From assembly GCA_047495785.1 (NCBI GenBank), contig JBLDXI010000017.1:1736001-1800000 (forward strand): 64,000 nt of DNA, written 5' to 3'. Below are positions 22,501-36,455 of the stretch, one piece after another (positions within the stretch are counted from its first letter, which is position 1; every line of letters begins with the position of its first letter). The notes under the pieces were generated by a model. It was not told the DNA's origin. It ran no database searches and saw only the letters and a program-made list of their open reading frames with translations. Position numbers and translations under genes: made by a program. The stretch is from Lepidodermella squamata. Lineage: Eukaryota > Animalia > Gastrotricha.

Positions 22501-22618
22501 TCCCTAGGGCGACGAGACGGTCACGCTCGGCTTGCAGAAATTCAGTCATTTGAAGTGCAATCCGCGCGAAATCTTCGTCCAATAAATCTCCAATTTTACT
22601 CATTTTAACAGAATTCAT
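19509..22618 (-). CDS. N16: coiled-coil + NHL-like protein; intron 1 (20317-22132) holds an RT relic and a tRNA-U1 cassette
   Basis: Exon 1 22133-22618, exon 2 ~19760-20316 (VVDKFGHLIAADSGSNNVK), exon 3 IFSADGRTRL...GVHLFGGR*; closest to N17. Confidence 0.8.
20464..21000 (+). mobile_element. Degenerate non-LTR retrotransposon reverse-transcriptase fragment
   Basis: Frameshifted LPDNQYAFRSHLSATD (QxGFR..ST motif) and LIADLDVEVAYDSI (LD..KAFDSV motif). Confidence 0.7.
21621..21779 (-). ncRNA. U1: U1 snRNA, copy 4
   Basis: Identical to copy 1. Confidence 0.95.
21898..21969 (-). tRNA. tRNA-iMet: Initiator tRNA-Met (CAT), cassette 4
   Basis: Identical 72-nt sequence. Confidence 0.98.
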
Positions 22619-22729
22619 AATCAATTTAAACGTCTACCGATGAAATAAAGTCAATGTATAAATTGATGAAAAATTTGATTTATTCCGGGCGTGTCTAATT
22701 TTTCAATTTAAGGCAGGAATTTTGTCAAT

Positions 22730-23762
22730 TTACTGCTTGAAAATAAATATTTTATTATTCGAAAAATCAACGGCTACAACATGATTCTGGATAACAGCAA
22801 CATCGCGCGGTTTAAATTTAACGCCGGGCTTCGATAACGGTCCAAATATATTAATCGGTCTCGCAGAAGAATCGTACACCTTAAATACAAGAAATCAAGG
22901 AAAAATAAACAGGACATTTGGATTTACTTTGATCGATCCACTAGCTTCATCGGCAGCGTAAAAGTGACCCAATTGATCGAAACAAATCGCTTTCAAATCA
23001 ACGAATTCATCTTGAAGGAAGATAACTTGCTCAGCTGTATCGATCTCACCCCCAGTTTTGATAGGGGCGCTGTACAACCTCGTCGCATTGCTCGATTCAC
23101 AGTAAAATAATCGGCGACCATAAACTTCAAGGACGAACGACTCAATCAATTTCGTCTTCCATTTACCCTTAGATGAGAAACTTGTGAGAGAAAACGCTGC
23201 GATGTAATTTCCAAAGGCCGTGTATAGCCGGTTAGTTTCGCAACAAATCGCTATACCGCTAGGGCTGGACCCCGATTTATCAGCCGGGATTCGCTCGTTT
23301 TGTTTCAAGGGCATCTCTTCATCTGGCAACTTGACAGGTAAAATCGCTTTGATAGCGCCATGAGCGACGAAGAATAAGTGGCTGTTAATCGGATTTATAG
23401 TTAAAGACCAGCGGCAAGGCGGATTCGCATGGCTAGACGTTAAAAGCGGGTAGTTGCGTAAAATATTCCCATCGAGAGAAAACACCTAAAATTCGCGGTG
23501 ATCGTCAAGAAAATTCATTTTTTTCGCAGTTTACCGTTAATTTATTGGGGCCTTGAACAATGAAAGAAGCTTGTTTATGGAGCGCAACTACCCCGATTGG
23601 ACCGGCTGAGTAGTTCAAAATAATGCAATCTTGACATTGAGCTGACTTCACGTTTCGATTTTCAGCGACGATGGTGTGATCATTTTTTAGCGGGACCCTA
23701 TCGAAAGGTTCCGACTTCTCACATCCCAGCGAATTTTCGCGATTTAACTCATTCAATTTCAT
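22730..23762 (-). CDS. N15: NHL-like propeller protein lacking the N-terminal helical domain
   Basis: Short exon 1 (ORF 23505-23762), exon 2 with LKAICFDQLGHFYAAD, exon 3 VYDSSARP...FKPRDVAV...KIFIFKQ*. Confidence 0.75.
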
Positions 23763-23789
23763 CTAAAAATTAGAATTTTTTAATAAAAT

Positions 23790-25121
23790 TCATGAACCAA
23801 AAATGAGAATTCGTTCAGCACTAGTGTCAGAGATCGCAACAATCGTAGAAAACAATTTATCGTCAAATTTTTGAAAATGAACCGGTTCTTCGGGTGAAAT
23901 GACAGCGATTTGATCCGGCTTGAAGCTGGCCTCGGAACTTCGAATTTTACCGAGTAAATTCGATCCATCCGCATCAAATACCTATCAATAACAATTATTT
24001 AAAAAAATTGAAGAGAATTTATTTCAACAACTTTGACGCATCCCCTTGCGTAATCTGCGCATAGAATGTTGCCATGATTATCGAAGGCAATGCTGGAAAG
24101 TGAGCTGAAGCAATCCAACAGTAGTTCGGTCGATTCTGATGAAATCAGCCCGGTCTTAGGGTCAATTGGAACTGAATATAACTGTTTAGCAGGCAAATCA
24201 CTTCGGAAGTACAATTTATCTCCATTCACGCCAAGCACGTAAGGTTTCGAAAATTCTTCACGGAATTTGATTAAGCACTCCCCTCTCTTCCGCCACGAGG
24301 TTGTTGAATAGCTGCGAATGTAAGGCCCAACCGCGGTGAAAAGGCGCCGAGTCTTCGGGTGAACAGCTAGTCCGAGCGGGGTTCCGCCGTTTTCGGGAGG
24401 GATGCGCAATTTCGAATTGAAATTCTTGCGGCTAAATTCGGGTACTTCGAAAGTTTTAACGCAACCGCGAGAAATCGAGATGAAAGAATTGTCGTCGCAG
24501 TTTGGCGCTAAAAAGTTCTTCGAGGCATGCGATGAGTCTTCAAGATGTCTGAATCGCTTCCCTGGCTTGCGGATATGGCCCTGGTACGCAATGGTGCCGT
24601 TAGCTGATATCACCTGAAAATGATAGGTATAGAGCTAGAAAAATCAATAAAATATCGCTGATTTTTACGACAAATTTGTTTCGGTAATGCAAAGCGAATC
24701 CGTCATTATTCGGGGAGGCAATGAGACTGTTCGAAGGTCCCAATCGATCGTGAAAATCGCGACGATTCAGAGTAGTCAGCAACTGCATTTCATCGTAAAT
24801 TGATCGCGTTTTTGATGTAACTCGATGCTTTTTCGTACTTATCAAAGCCAACTCAACTGTTTCATCCGATTTTGAAGGGCATAAGGGTGACGCATCGGGC
24901 TCAACGTGGATTGAAAGGTTCATAAAACCAGTTTTTGTATTTTCTTCAATTTCCAACAACTGAGCGATAGGAATTCTCAAAAATAGGTCAAGGACAGATG
25001 AAAACTCGGCTGTTCTCTGGTAGGTAAGGCCGGGTCGATCAGCCTCTAGAAGCCTTAACCTTTCAGCGTTCAAACGGGCTAAAACAACGCTTTCAATCTC
25101 TTTCAAATCACCTTCAATCAT
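23790..25121 (-). CDS. N14: coiled-coil + NHL-like protein
   Basis: MIEGDLKEIE...ERLRL; exon 2 LSSIAFDNHGNILCAD; exon 3 VFDADGSNLL...RILIFGS*. Confidence 0.85.
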
Positions 25122-25212
25122 GATTTTGTAAAACCTTCCGAATAGAATAAACATTTAATTTAATTCACAGGATAAAATCACAAAAGAAATCAATATAGAA
25201 TATAGAGATAAA

Positions 25213-26508
25213 TTAATCAGATTCGGCGCCGAAAAACGACACCTTGCCGTTTTTGGAGTCAATAGCCGCAACTATCACTGAAAACTCTCTGCCATTCTCG
25301 GTAACGAAAGGAGATCTATAGCTAGAAGACTCCAACAAAGCAATTCCATTAGCCTCGAATTCGGTCTCTCCGTTATCCGGTCGCAGTTTTGTCACTCGGT
25401 TCTCACATTTCGCAGAAGAGAAAACCTCAAAAAATTATAAAAATAATTAGATTAAGGTGGATTTTTTTGAATTTTTTTTAAACTTTGATGCAATTTTGAC
25501 CGGAATCAGCTGCCAATAAGATACCGCTAGACGCGAATTTCATGGCCGTGAGATTGCTGAAACCTCGACAGACTAGCTCCTGGTTGCCGGTTTGCAGAAC
25601 CCCGGTATCAGCATCGAAAGGTACGCTGAACAATTGAGTAGGAATCTGATTATCAGCATAGTAAACCGAACCCGCTTTAGCCGCCAATACCATAGGGCCA
25701 TTCACAACGTCGGAAGAATTCATCCGCCATTTATCGCGATAGACCCATTCATGTTTCTCAACATCACGGTACATGCTAACGATATGAGACCCGTAACCCG
25801 AGTACAAGAATCGCTTTTCCGATAAGGCAAGACCTCCGGGTTTCAGCGATAGGATGTCAGTCGGCTCGGCGTTTACGCAAGAGAACAAAACCGAGTCGAG
25901 ATTGAGCTTTTTGATAAATTTATGATCGGTCATGATGATTTCATTGCTCCCGCTGTCGACCTCCAGGTAACGCTTCGAACGTTTTTGGCCGATGCCTTTG
26001 ACGAAAACACTTCGCAAAATTCGTCCGAAGGGTGATACCAACTGAAATTTTTCAAATAATTGAACAATTTGATTTGATAATATTATACACAAACGATAAA
26101 TTCAGATCCTTGCCACAACAAAAAGCATTTTTCGACCGGTAAAGCAGCAATAGCATCGACCCGTGGGAGGTCTAGGGCAGCTTCGTCGATATGTATCATG
26201 TCTTCAAACATCAAACGAGACGACTTTCTTCGCATATTTTGGCTCGACTTTAGAACTTTGCCTCGCTCAATATCTTCTGATACTCGCTGAAAGTAACCGA
26301 TTTCAACGTTAAGAAACCGATGGAGGGTTTTACTGAACTCTTCACTTCGATGGTACGTCATTTTCCGGTTCGCTTCTTCAAATTTCGCGGCTCTTTCTAC
26401 GAGGTGATCGCGTTGCTGTTGTAATCTTTCAGTCAAAACGCGAACAATATCATCAATATCCGAATCGATTTTCGCGATCAAAGATTCACATGTGTCAAAA
26501 TTATTCAT
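25213..26508 (-). CDS. N13: coiled-coil + NHL-like protein
   Basis: ORFs 26083-26529, 25478-26092 and 25213-25395 with the family intron positions. Confidence 0.85.
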
Positions 26509-26639
26509 CTTTTTCCAAAAAATTGACAAATTATCACCTAAAATTTAAGATTTAATTCGATAGAACGATCAACACTAGAAAAATTCGATAAAAAACTGAA
26601 AATAATATTGAAATACTCGAAAAACAAAAACATCAAAAT

Positions 26640-28065
26640 CTAATGATGATCAATAGGGGATGCAAAAATATGAATTCGACCGTTGTCTTCATCAGTGGCC
26701 ATGATAACATGCTTGCTTTTAGTTTCACCGTCATTGAACGTGAAATGGCCCTCATTCTCATTTTTCGTCAAAATTGCGACTCCACTAGCCACAAAACGAC
26801 CGTAACAAGGCCGCGGTCGAGCGTAGCCTAACGTGTGATCACCCGTGGGCGATAAAATCTAAAAAAATCAAGAATTTTCCCATATAATGACTCGGATAAG
26901 CTAAATTTGCCTGAATTTCCCGATCTGCAATCAAAATGTTGCCGTCAGGGTCAAAAGTAATCGGAGCCCTGTAAGAAAATTGGTCCGTAACAACTTCGGC
27001 GTCCTCCATTTCAAGAATTCCTAATCCAGTGGTTGAAACAGCTTTCAAAGCTCCAGCGAATTCGAAAAATAACTGGTTATCATTGTCGCGAAATCCGCAA
27101 ACTCCAGGCGTCGTACTATCGCGACGGCCGACTCGAAAAGAGTCGAATTTATCGAGTTTCGGCAATTGAAATGAATAAATTGAACCTCCAATAGCGGAGA
27201 ATAGCTGGTTTGAGTCCGCGGCCAAAGCCAGACCGGCTGGTATGCTATCATTCAAAGGTTCAAACCGCTTTTCGGCAAGAATAGAGCCTCGATTTTTACG
27301 AGTCGGAATCGTTTCAATCACACTAATCCTGCCTCCCGAAATGCAATAGAAAAATCCTGTATTTTGATCGAAAATCAACGACTCTCTACAGGTCTCAATC
27401 GGTTTTTCAGGCGATTTTATCTTGAATGTAGATTGAGCGATACAATCGGGAGAAATCAACTGAAAAAATTGGTAAAAAAATCAAGTGATGAAATCCGCGA
27501 CTCAACTTACACTCAATCGGTTCTTCGAATGCATAATAACGAACTGATTTTCTTTCGGTAAGGCTACAATTCCGGATGGGTGGTCAATTGTTTCGTCAAA
27601 TCGATCAACGATTCGAAAAGAATCGATAAATTCTAAATCATCGTATTCCGATGTAACAGAGCGTCTCCTTCGCTTGACCCGCCTCGAGTCATCCTCACTC
27701 GAAGACGAGCTACTAATACTGCTACTACAACTAGAACGTCTTGAATAATCGCTTGACGAGGATGAATCAGAACAAGACGAACATGACGAGACTGAGGTAG
27801 GCGATTCTGGTCGGTACAATTTAGACTGCGATTCAACTTCGCCAAGCGGTAGTTTAGAGATTTTTGACAACAAATTCTGCAATTCATCTGATTTTTTGAA
27901 AACAAGCTTTGATGAATCATCAGTCTGGCGTAGTTTTTCGAAATCCGACAAAATTCGATCCCGCTCTGAGCTGATTCGAGACATAACTTTCAGCGCAATA
28001 TCGGCTATTTTATCATCGATTATCGACTCAATAAAATCAGCATCACCTGTCACTAAACTGCTCAT
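26640..28065 (-). CDS. N12: coiled-coil + Ser-rich linker + NHL-like protein; intron 2 is GC-AG
   Basis: Exon 1 with poly-Ser and RRVKRRRR; exon 2 ITFDPDGNILIAD; exon 3 ILSPTGDH...RIHIFASPIDHH*. Confidence 0.8.
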
Positions 28066-28131
28066 TTTTTTCTAAAAATTTAATTAAAATATTTTCGTAA
28101 AAGCAATCAATAGATTAATTTATCAATATAA

Positions 28132-29450
28132 TTAATTGCTGTCAATTGGCGTGCCAAAGTAAACGATCCGATGAGCAGAGTATTCAGGAGCTACGATAAG
28201 ATTAGAATATTTCGTTTCAGTTTGTTCGCAACTGAAGGGTTCATCGCCGTCTGCAACCTCCAAAATAGCAACATCGCTAGGCGTGAAATGTTGATCAATA
28301 CTAATAGAACCCAACATGTCTTCCATGTCAGCCGAAAGTACCTGAAAAATCGAGAAAAATTTGGATAAAAATCCAAATATTTTCAACAAACCTGAATGCA
28401 TTGGCCGCCTCTATTTCCGATGATAATATTATCGTTTTGATCAAACGTGATAGAGCTATGATGAGAGAACTTGGCCGAAACGCTCCAAATTTTGCACATT
28501 TCAACTTTTCCGGTAACCTCGCAAATCGGCGCCGCTGAAAGCATCGTGTTGTTATCCGTCGTGAAAAACAGAGTCGATTCACCAGTTATTACCGAGTCTC
28601 TAACGCCGCAGATGTGGAGGTTAAATCTGTCATTGCTACGAACTGGAATTTCGTCCATCTTTCGAAAATTTCGCAGTGAAAAAGTTTGTATTTTCCGATC
28701 GCTGGTTGTAAAAAACTGGCCAGTTGCTGATGAGATACCAATGCCACATGGGGCGAAATGTTTGAAATGTTTCGGTGGGGTCGGAATCACGCGACCTACC
28801 GGCAAAAGCTCGTTGCCACGTTGCCGTAGTTCAAAAATGGCGATTGAATCGCCGTCTTTGACGAAAAACCGCCGAGAGTCGTACCGCATGAATCGCCAGC
28901 AATTGGGTAGAGAATTCTTAAAATCAACCTTCAAACACTTTCTGTTCGCCCCAAACGATTTCATTATCTGAAAAAATGAAGGAAAATTCCAAAAATCTCC
29001 AAATTTATAATTTTATCTAACACTAATGTTGTTCTGATGGAGAACGGCAAAACTGTTCGATCCCGGTAAGGCAGTGATAGCAGCGGGAAAAATCATCGGC
29101 TGTTTGCTCTTCTCATCGTTAAATTTCAAGGTATTCACAAATTCCAAATTTTCATATCGTATTTTACGAGGCATCGACGTCCGTTTTCGAGTTTTTTCCT
29201 CGGAATCCAACTCTTCGAAAATAGGAATTTGAGGCTTAGGAATGCTTTCAATGTGGCCCAATGGCGTTTTCAGCAGCTCGGCTATTAGGATCTCAAATTC
29301 GGGTAATTTCTCAAATTTCGAATTTTCCTTGTTTTCGACATCTGAATTTGAGATGATTCGAGACTCATCAGCGATAAAAGAAAGAAATTTCTGGACGAAA
29401 TTAACGGCACAATTATCAATCGCTTCGACGGCCTTCTCCGCGTCACTCAT
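28132..29450 (-). CDS. N11: coiled-coil + NHL-like protein
   Basis: MSDAEKAVEAIDN; LLKTPLGHI; KTRKR; ITFDQNDNIIIGN; FTPSDVAIL. Confidence 0.85.
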
Positions 29451-29569
29451 AATATAGTAGGTGTCCCTATTAATAAAATATTCCGGGTTAAAAAATTTCA
29501 AATCCGCAAAAATAATTCAATGAAAATGTCAAACATGAAAGAATCAAATGATGCTGTTCACAAATATTA

Positions 29570-31053
29570 TTATCTGTTTCCCTCTTTCGGATTGCCAAAA
29601 AATAGCACGCTGTGCGTCGAAACGTCGACTGACGCAAATATACGCGAAAATTTCGCCTCGTGGTCAGGAAAACTAAAATAATTTGAGCCTTTCGGCGGCC
29701 TTAAATAGAGCAAAGCCAGCGGCGAAAATGATTTATGACGAGGGCGAAATGTCGCCATCACTGCTTGATTAGAAACAACCTAAAAATTATATTTAAAATA
29801 ATAAAAAAAATCACTTTTCAAGTCACCTCAATCTGATGAGCAATTCTGTTTCCAACAAAAATATTTCCATCTTCGTCGAAATCAATCGCTGGAATGAAGT
29901 ACGTGCATTCGAATATACACTTCGGAGATTGAGATTTCGATATAGTTCCGTCTTTAGGGTCGATAGGTAGCGAGTAAATCGACCGCCCAGATTTAGCTCG
30001 AAAATACAACAAATTACTGCGAATTCCAAGCGCCCCTAATTTTGACGAGAATTTAATGTCGGAAAATCTCCGGCTAGAAATCACAGATCGATCTGCCATT
30101 GAAATGCAGACAAGTTCCGCTCCGACCGCGGTGTAGGCTCTATCGGTACCCGGTTGAAAAACCAGGCCATGCGGGGCGAAATCGAAGGTGAGTTTCTGAT
30201 TTCTTGCGACTTTGCACTTTTCGCCGGATTTCAGCGAATTCAGAGGGTCAGCCGGTTTGATCGGCATAACGTCGCCATTATCAACAATTACCAATTGGTC
30301 ATTAACAGGGTTGAAGGCCATATACCGGGCTGCTCCTGGCAATAACGGCCGATAAGGCCCGCTATCGAAAACGTAACTCGCCCTAGTTGAACCATCCAAA
30401 TTTATAATCTGAAAATTAGAAAAAAAAATTAAAAAGTCGAAAATGAGAATAAACGAGCTAACCTTCAAAGCTTGTCTTTGTAAAACTGCAATGCAGTTAT
30501 ATTTTGACATGTACGCCAACGCGTGAATAGCATTAGACGCTTCGAAAGTACCAACAACTTCCATTTTATCGTAATAATTGCGATCCGAAGTCACCAGGGG
30601 ACGTTTTACGGCTGATTTTTCAACAGCGAGCTTTTTTATCTGTGGTTTTTTCGAAATCTCCTTGATTTCTTTAGATTCAGCTTGTTTCGGCTTTTCATCA
30701 GATTTTTCCAGAGACTCAACAACGACTTGGGGCGGTTCGATTTGGGACTCGATATTGGGTTTGGGTGGTGGTTCAACCAGCTCCATTGGTTCTTCTTTAA
30801 CATTCATGATAGGACATTTATGGGCTGTATCAAGGTTCGAAGTCTGATTTTGAATTTCAATCCCACCAAGAGGCGTTTTTATCAATTCAGCCATCAGCAT
30901 GTCGAACGCGCCATTTCGACGGAACAACGTGTTTTCGCTGCAATTTTCCAACAATCGGACCTTCTCGGAAACAAGCCATGAAACAAACGATTCAACAGTA
31001 TCGGCAACTGAATCATCAATCGCGTCTATAACAGCCTGAGGGTTCGGTTCCAT
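29570..31053 (-). CDS. N10: coiled-coil + NHL-like protein
   Basis: MEPNPQAVIDAIDD; ORF 29818-31128 reads through stop-free intron 1 (~30410-30462); IDFDEDGNIFVGN; exon 3 in ORF 29570-29761. Confidence 0.85.
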
Positions 31054-31096
31054 ATTAAAATAACTAAAATAAATCAGAAAAATCATAGGAAAAAAA

Positions 31097-32359
31097 TTAT
31101 AAATCTTCAGGAGATCCGAAAATAGCAATTTGGGTTTTCTCGGCAGAATAAGATGCGATCAAACGAGAGCAGTGGATGTCACTATCAGGTAAATGGAATA
31201 ATTCCGAGCCAGCCTGTAAAATTGCTACGGTAGCAGGTAAAAATGGCGATTTTTTCGATTTTATCGAAGCCAGGAGATCAAACGAATCCGGTGAAAATAC
31301 CTGAAATTTCAACAAATTAGAGAATTTTTATTCAATAGCGAAATTTCCTTACCCTAATTTTGCCGCGATGACCCTGGTTATCAACCACCAGCAAGTTATT
31401 ACTATCATCGAAATCCAGTGCAGTGATAAAAGCGCATGAATCAATAATTAATTTCGGTTTATCACCGCATTTAATTGAGTCAATTGAAGTAGAGTAAAGC
31501 TCTGAGCCATGTTCAGCTCGAAAATAAATTAGTTTTTCATTGGCGCTTAGAACAGCCAATTTATCGGCGAAAGAGCCGGAGAATCGCAGGGAGCAAACTT
31601 TTCGCCAATCCGCTAGAGAATAACCGATAATTGCGCTGTCAACTGCCGTGAATGCTAAATCAGGGTCAGAAAAAACGCCCAGGCCATGTGGAGAAACGCT
31701 GCCGAAACTCAGATTACTCTCAGTTGATAAAATTGCATCCTTTGATCTTGGGAAAGGCGCTGATTTAATTTCCCCTCGATCAATCAGCAAAAGACGATCG
31801 CTGCATGGGAATGATTTCAAATACCGGGCTGTACCTGGAGGCAGAACCGGCAAGTAAAATCGGGCGTGGACTGGATGCGGATCTTTCAAATGACCGTCCG
31901 CAGTCAAAACCTGGTTTTGAAAATTCAACCAAATTATTTCTCAAATCAAAGAAAATTTTCTCATACATGAAACCCGCCATTAGACAGCAAGCCAAAGCAG
32001 TTGCGATGAGGTATAGCTGTTAGAGCGTGAAGTTTGAATTCTGAGTTCAATTCAGCCAAAACTTCCATGTCTTCATAATAATCTCGATTGACCTTCCTTA
32101 ATCGGCGAACGCGTCTTTTCTCATCGGTACCATCGGAATTTTTCGGACCCGGATATTCCCAATCATCACCCCGATCCGAGATTTTAATCTCACCAATGGG
32201 TGTATTGACCAATTCGTTCAAGATTTGTTTCAATTCTTCATTCGGTTTTTGGTCTTTTAGTGAGCCAATTTTATCGCGCTCAGTTTGAACCCAGCTTAAA
32301 ATTGACTGAACAGAATCAACGATTGAATTTTCAATTTCTTCCGTCACTTTTTCAGCCAT
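31097..32359 (-). CDS. N9: coiled-coil + NHL-like protein
   Basis: ORFs 31961-32359, 31332-31928 and 31097-31315. Confidence 0.85.
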
Positions 32360-32456
32360 AATTTGAATAAAACGCTAGAAAAATTTTAATTAGGAAATTA
32401 TGTAAAATTCATTTTAAAAATGAGTCAAACGATGAGATGTTACAATAGCATAGCAG

Positions 32457-35400
32457 TTAATTTTGATCTTCGGGTACGCCAAATAACACGATTTCATCGG
32501 CGCCACCGTCAATGGCGGCAATAATTTGAGAGCAATAGAGGTCTTCTTTGGAAAAATGAAACAGGTCTTCGCCATCGGAACGGTTTAAAATCGCAAAATC
32601 TCGCGGTTCAAACGATCTACGAGATCTAAGCTCGCCTATAATATCACCATGCTTCGCGGTCCGCACCTTGGATTAATTGAAAATTCAATAAAAAAATTAT
32701 GGAAACATCATTAAAAATAATAGCAGACCTGTATCTGAGCTTTAGTGGGGTAGCAAAGAAGCATATTTCCAAGATCGTCGAAATGCATGGCAGTCAAGAA
32801 ACCGACTGAGCCATCAACGATCAAATCTGGCTCGTTGGTTTGCGAAACAGCGTGTCCAGAAACAATGGGCAGCGAATACACGGAACGTGAGCCAAAGCCG
32901 CGGAAAAATAGCTGGTCATCCCGCGTTTCAAAGACACATAAACCCTTATCGAAGGGCCGACCAATTTTACGGTTGCATTTCAGGGACCAGTCCGACATAG
33001 AAAAGCCGATGAATTCGTTGCCAACAGCGGTGAAAAATCGGTTGAATTCAGGCGAAAAAGCTAGCCCGTGGTAGGGCTTTTCGTTGGGTTCCAATCTGAC
33101 TGTTGACTGGAGATGTTTGTGATCAAGAAAATTGATAGGCTCGATAGTTTTGATCGAGCCGTTGTCGATGCAAACCAATTGGCCAGAGCCAGGAATGCTC
33201 TTAAGATATCGAGCACAACCTGCAGGTCTCGGGGTAAACGGGCGTAGGTCAACAGGTTTAGTTTGAGCCTCATCCCAGCCAGGCTTGACAATCTAAAAAA
33301 TAATAAATAAAAATAAATAGAATAAATAAAAAAAGAGAGTGGCTATTCGTACATATTATGTACAACTTTTTTGCCATTCTTACATATCGGAAATACTAGT
33401 AATAAAACACTGGAATCAACCGGAATACCTTGAAAAGCACTTTATTTATCATGAAACTAACGGAATAATTATCATCAACTTCTTGAAAACCGGTACTTCA
33501 TCAAATTATCAAATTATTACTCCTTATTCCTTATTCCTTTCACTCCTCGACTTTCGTTACGGTCCCCTCGCCACAAATGGCTTGATGTGTGACGTTTCAA
33601 TTTCAACCTTCTTTCCACTTCACTTGATAACTTGATTGATAAACTCGGTGATCGGTGATTTTGACTCAATATGAGATACTATAATGAAGAGAGCGACAAG
33701 AATAAAGTGTTTCGGAAAGAGCCGTTGTTGCTTCGAATGATGGGAATCAACGTCTCGAAAACCCACAGGGCGACCATCCACTCGTTCAACATCAAAATCC
33801 GCCTAGAAGCGAAGATGTTGCACGTTTTTCAGCATCGAACAATCCCGCTGCTGAATCGAATTCAGGTTAATTTTACTTATATTTCATCACATTTGTATCG
33901 TTAGCCTGTTTCACCTTTTTATTAGCCATTGTTGATTCGCATGACGGCGATCAACGTCGCGAAAATCCTCGAGCCGATAATCGTGACCGTTCGCTTTTAC
34001 AACATCGATCCGGTGCAGCTGAACAGCGAACTCTTAGAATTCACCCAACGAAAATGAGAATAAGAAATTGATGCGGAAAATTGAGAATTGCTACCCTGGC
34101 CTCTGGCCTTCCGATAAAGCCGGCGACAGCGTCGACCCAGCCGTACACCTACAAAGAGGCGAGCGACGAGCATTTGATTTGATTTGATATGGTTTCCATT
34201 TGAAATGCTTTTAATGATGTGTTTATTATTGTAGAAGAAACCATGGCTGCTGCCGTCAGTTTGAGTGAGTTCTGGCAGCAGAAGAAGTATGGAAACGCCA
34301 TCACCGATTCGGCTCTAATTGATATCCCGCCACTTTTGAGGACGGCTATGAAGGATAGAAAGTATCAATTGTTTCTCGCAGTGTTTTTAATTTCATTCCG
34401 GCGTAGGTTCTCGAAAATTCCAGCTCCATCATCGAAGCCGAGCCAGCCAGTCGAACGCAATAATCCGGACAGCGGAAACGATGAACCATCTCCGTCACCT
34501 CGGAAGCAAGCCCCGCCGCCGACCAAGAAATCATCAAAGCCGATGCAGCAAGTCGAGCCAAATCACACCAATTACGCCAATCGATCCAAGTCAGTTGAGC
34601 CAAGTCTGTCGAGCTCAGCCAACCGAAGCAAGTCTGTCAAACCAAGTCTGTCGAACTAAGTCAATCGTTTCGACTATTCAGACGGAATATTATTGATTCG
34701 TAACATCCACTCATAATTTTAATTCATATTTTTATTGCGCTCTTTCACCATACCATTTTTACTGTCTTGCTCGGTGATGCTTAGCGTGTTGTGATGTTAT
34801 TGAGATCGCATACCGACGATATATGGACCATCTATAGTTAGCGCTGCGATATTTTACCGCTCGTAATAACCTTGCTGTCATTATTTTACAACAACAAGTT
34901 CACAGTCCGCGGCAGTTTTGTCCTCATGACAAATATTTTGACAAGGATTTTGTACATGCGGGTCTTCAAGTATCTACGGGGCCAGATTTTAGTGACTCAA
35001 GTCACCTGCGATTTCGAACTAGCGTTGCTCAATAGCCATCGAGCTGGTTTTTTTGGCACGTTTATTGGTTGCTTGTTCCACTTCTGCCAGGCTATCTTGA
35101 AACAGGTCGTGAATCTTTAGCTTAGGAACGAATAGGTCGCGCACGGTTCTAAAGTGCCAGGCTTTGCTGCCCATCAATAACGTTCGAGCAGCCTTTTCCA
35201 ACGTGCGCAAAGAAGCACTGCAGCATGCTGAGCTAAATCAGCTCTTCGAATACTATGAAACTTGTTGGTTTCTGGTTTCGTATAGGAATGGGCTGCTGGA
35301 ATGTCCATGGTTTGGACAAGCGAACGAACATCTTCGCGGAGGGAGGAAATAACAAGATAGATGAGAAGAGTCCCACATCCGCATGAGTGGCGATTCTTTT

Positions 35401-36226
35401 ACGTCACTTTGGAGCTTGAATCAGAAACACGGGCTGCACTGGACCAGCTTAGTGCAAAGAACTTCAAAGTTGTTTTAAATTTGTTTTAAATATCGTTTTA
35501 ATATCGTTTTACGGAGTCGCCACGAGCGTTTTCGATTGGAAAGAATTGGCAGAGGGGCGCCTGGGCTACATGGAATTTCTGGTCGCTCCATCGCATCAAC
35601 TTTCCGAGTTCTTTACGAAATGATCACTCTTTTGCTTCAATTTGTTACGAAATGTCCCATTAGGAATTTGCGAGTACCAACTCACTCTTCACCTTTGAAA
35701 GCTCTATGTCTTGAAATGCCGAAACCAGCTTCTCACTAGTCAAAATGGTTAATTATTAAAAAATGGTAAAACACACCGAAATATCTCCATGATGAAATAC
35801 GGCGAAGCAGCCATGTTCGGGTACGGCAGTAATAGCTTGAAATTTACAAGAGCCACGAAGATAAACATCCGTTGTCGTTATCGTGTCAATAACCTCCATT
35901 TCATCGTAGCACCATCGGTCCAATTTTCTAGCCCGCTTCCTTCGCCGGTTCTTGTTTTCACCATCTTCCGGGCAGAATTTCGGATGGCTTCTTTCATTAA
36001 TATCGCGATTGCTATCGACTTCTTTGAAAACAGGCCCGACTTGGCCGAGTGGTGTTTGCAGCAGTTCATTCAGAACATCAAATAATTTATCATTGGCGAC
36101 AAAAGCCGACGAATCTGCGTCAATAGAAGCCGCCGATAACCGATCCGATTCCGAACACAGCCAGCTTAAAATCGGTTTGACAACATCAACCACCACGTTG
36201 TCGATAGTTTCCAACACGTCATTCAT
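32457..36226 (-). CDS. N8: coiled-coil + NHL-like protein; intron 1 (33293-35776) contains a transposon relic
   Basis: Exon 1 35777-36226 (RRRKRARK), exon 2 ~32729-33292, exon 3 32457-32666; strongly similar to N7. Confidence 0.8.
34872..35460 (+). mobile_element. Degenerate Mutator (MULE) transposase
   Basis: VTCDFELALLNS...FIGCLFHFCQAI (DFE...GCxFH signature), then LNQLFEYYETCW; broken by stops and frameshifts. Confidence 0.75.
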
Positions 36227-36455
36227 GTTACGTATAGGTAGACTTGAGTCAAAACAGTCGATTGGTTGAATAACATTCAGTATTAAAAGAGGTATATCGA
36301 TTAAACCCCAGTTTCAAAATCGATTGAATAAAATCAAGTCAAAATTTATGTTTCGATAACAAAAGTATCTAGCCGAAATAAACAAACAATATATAGTAAA
36401 AATATTAAAATCATGAAAAATATATAAAATAATAAGACCAATAAAAATGAAAAGG

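Noticed and set aside
33690-34659. Diverged internal duplication (~33720-33800 vs ~33920-34010) and low-complexity ORF 34219-34659
   Set aside because: Inside the transposon-containing intron with no recognisable domain; probably degraded element sequence
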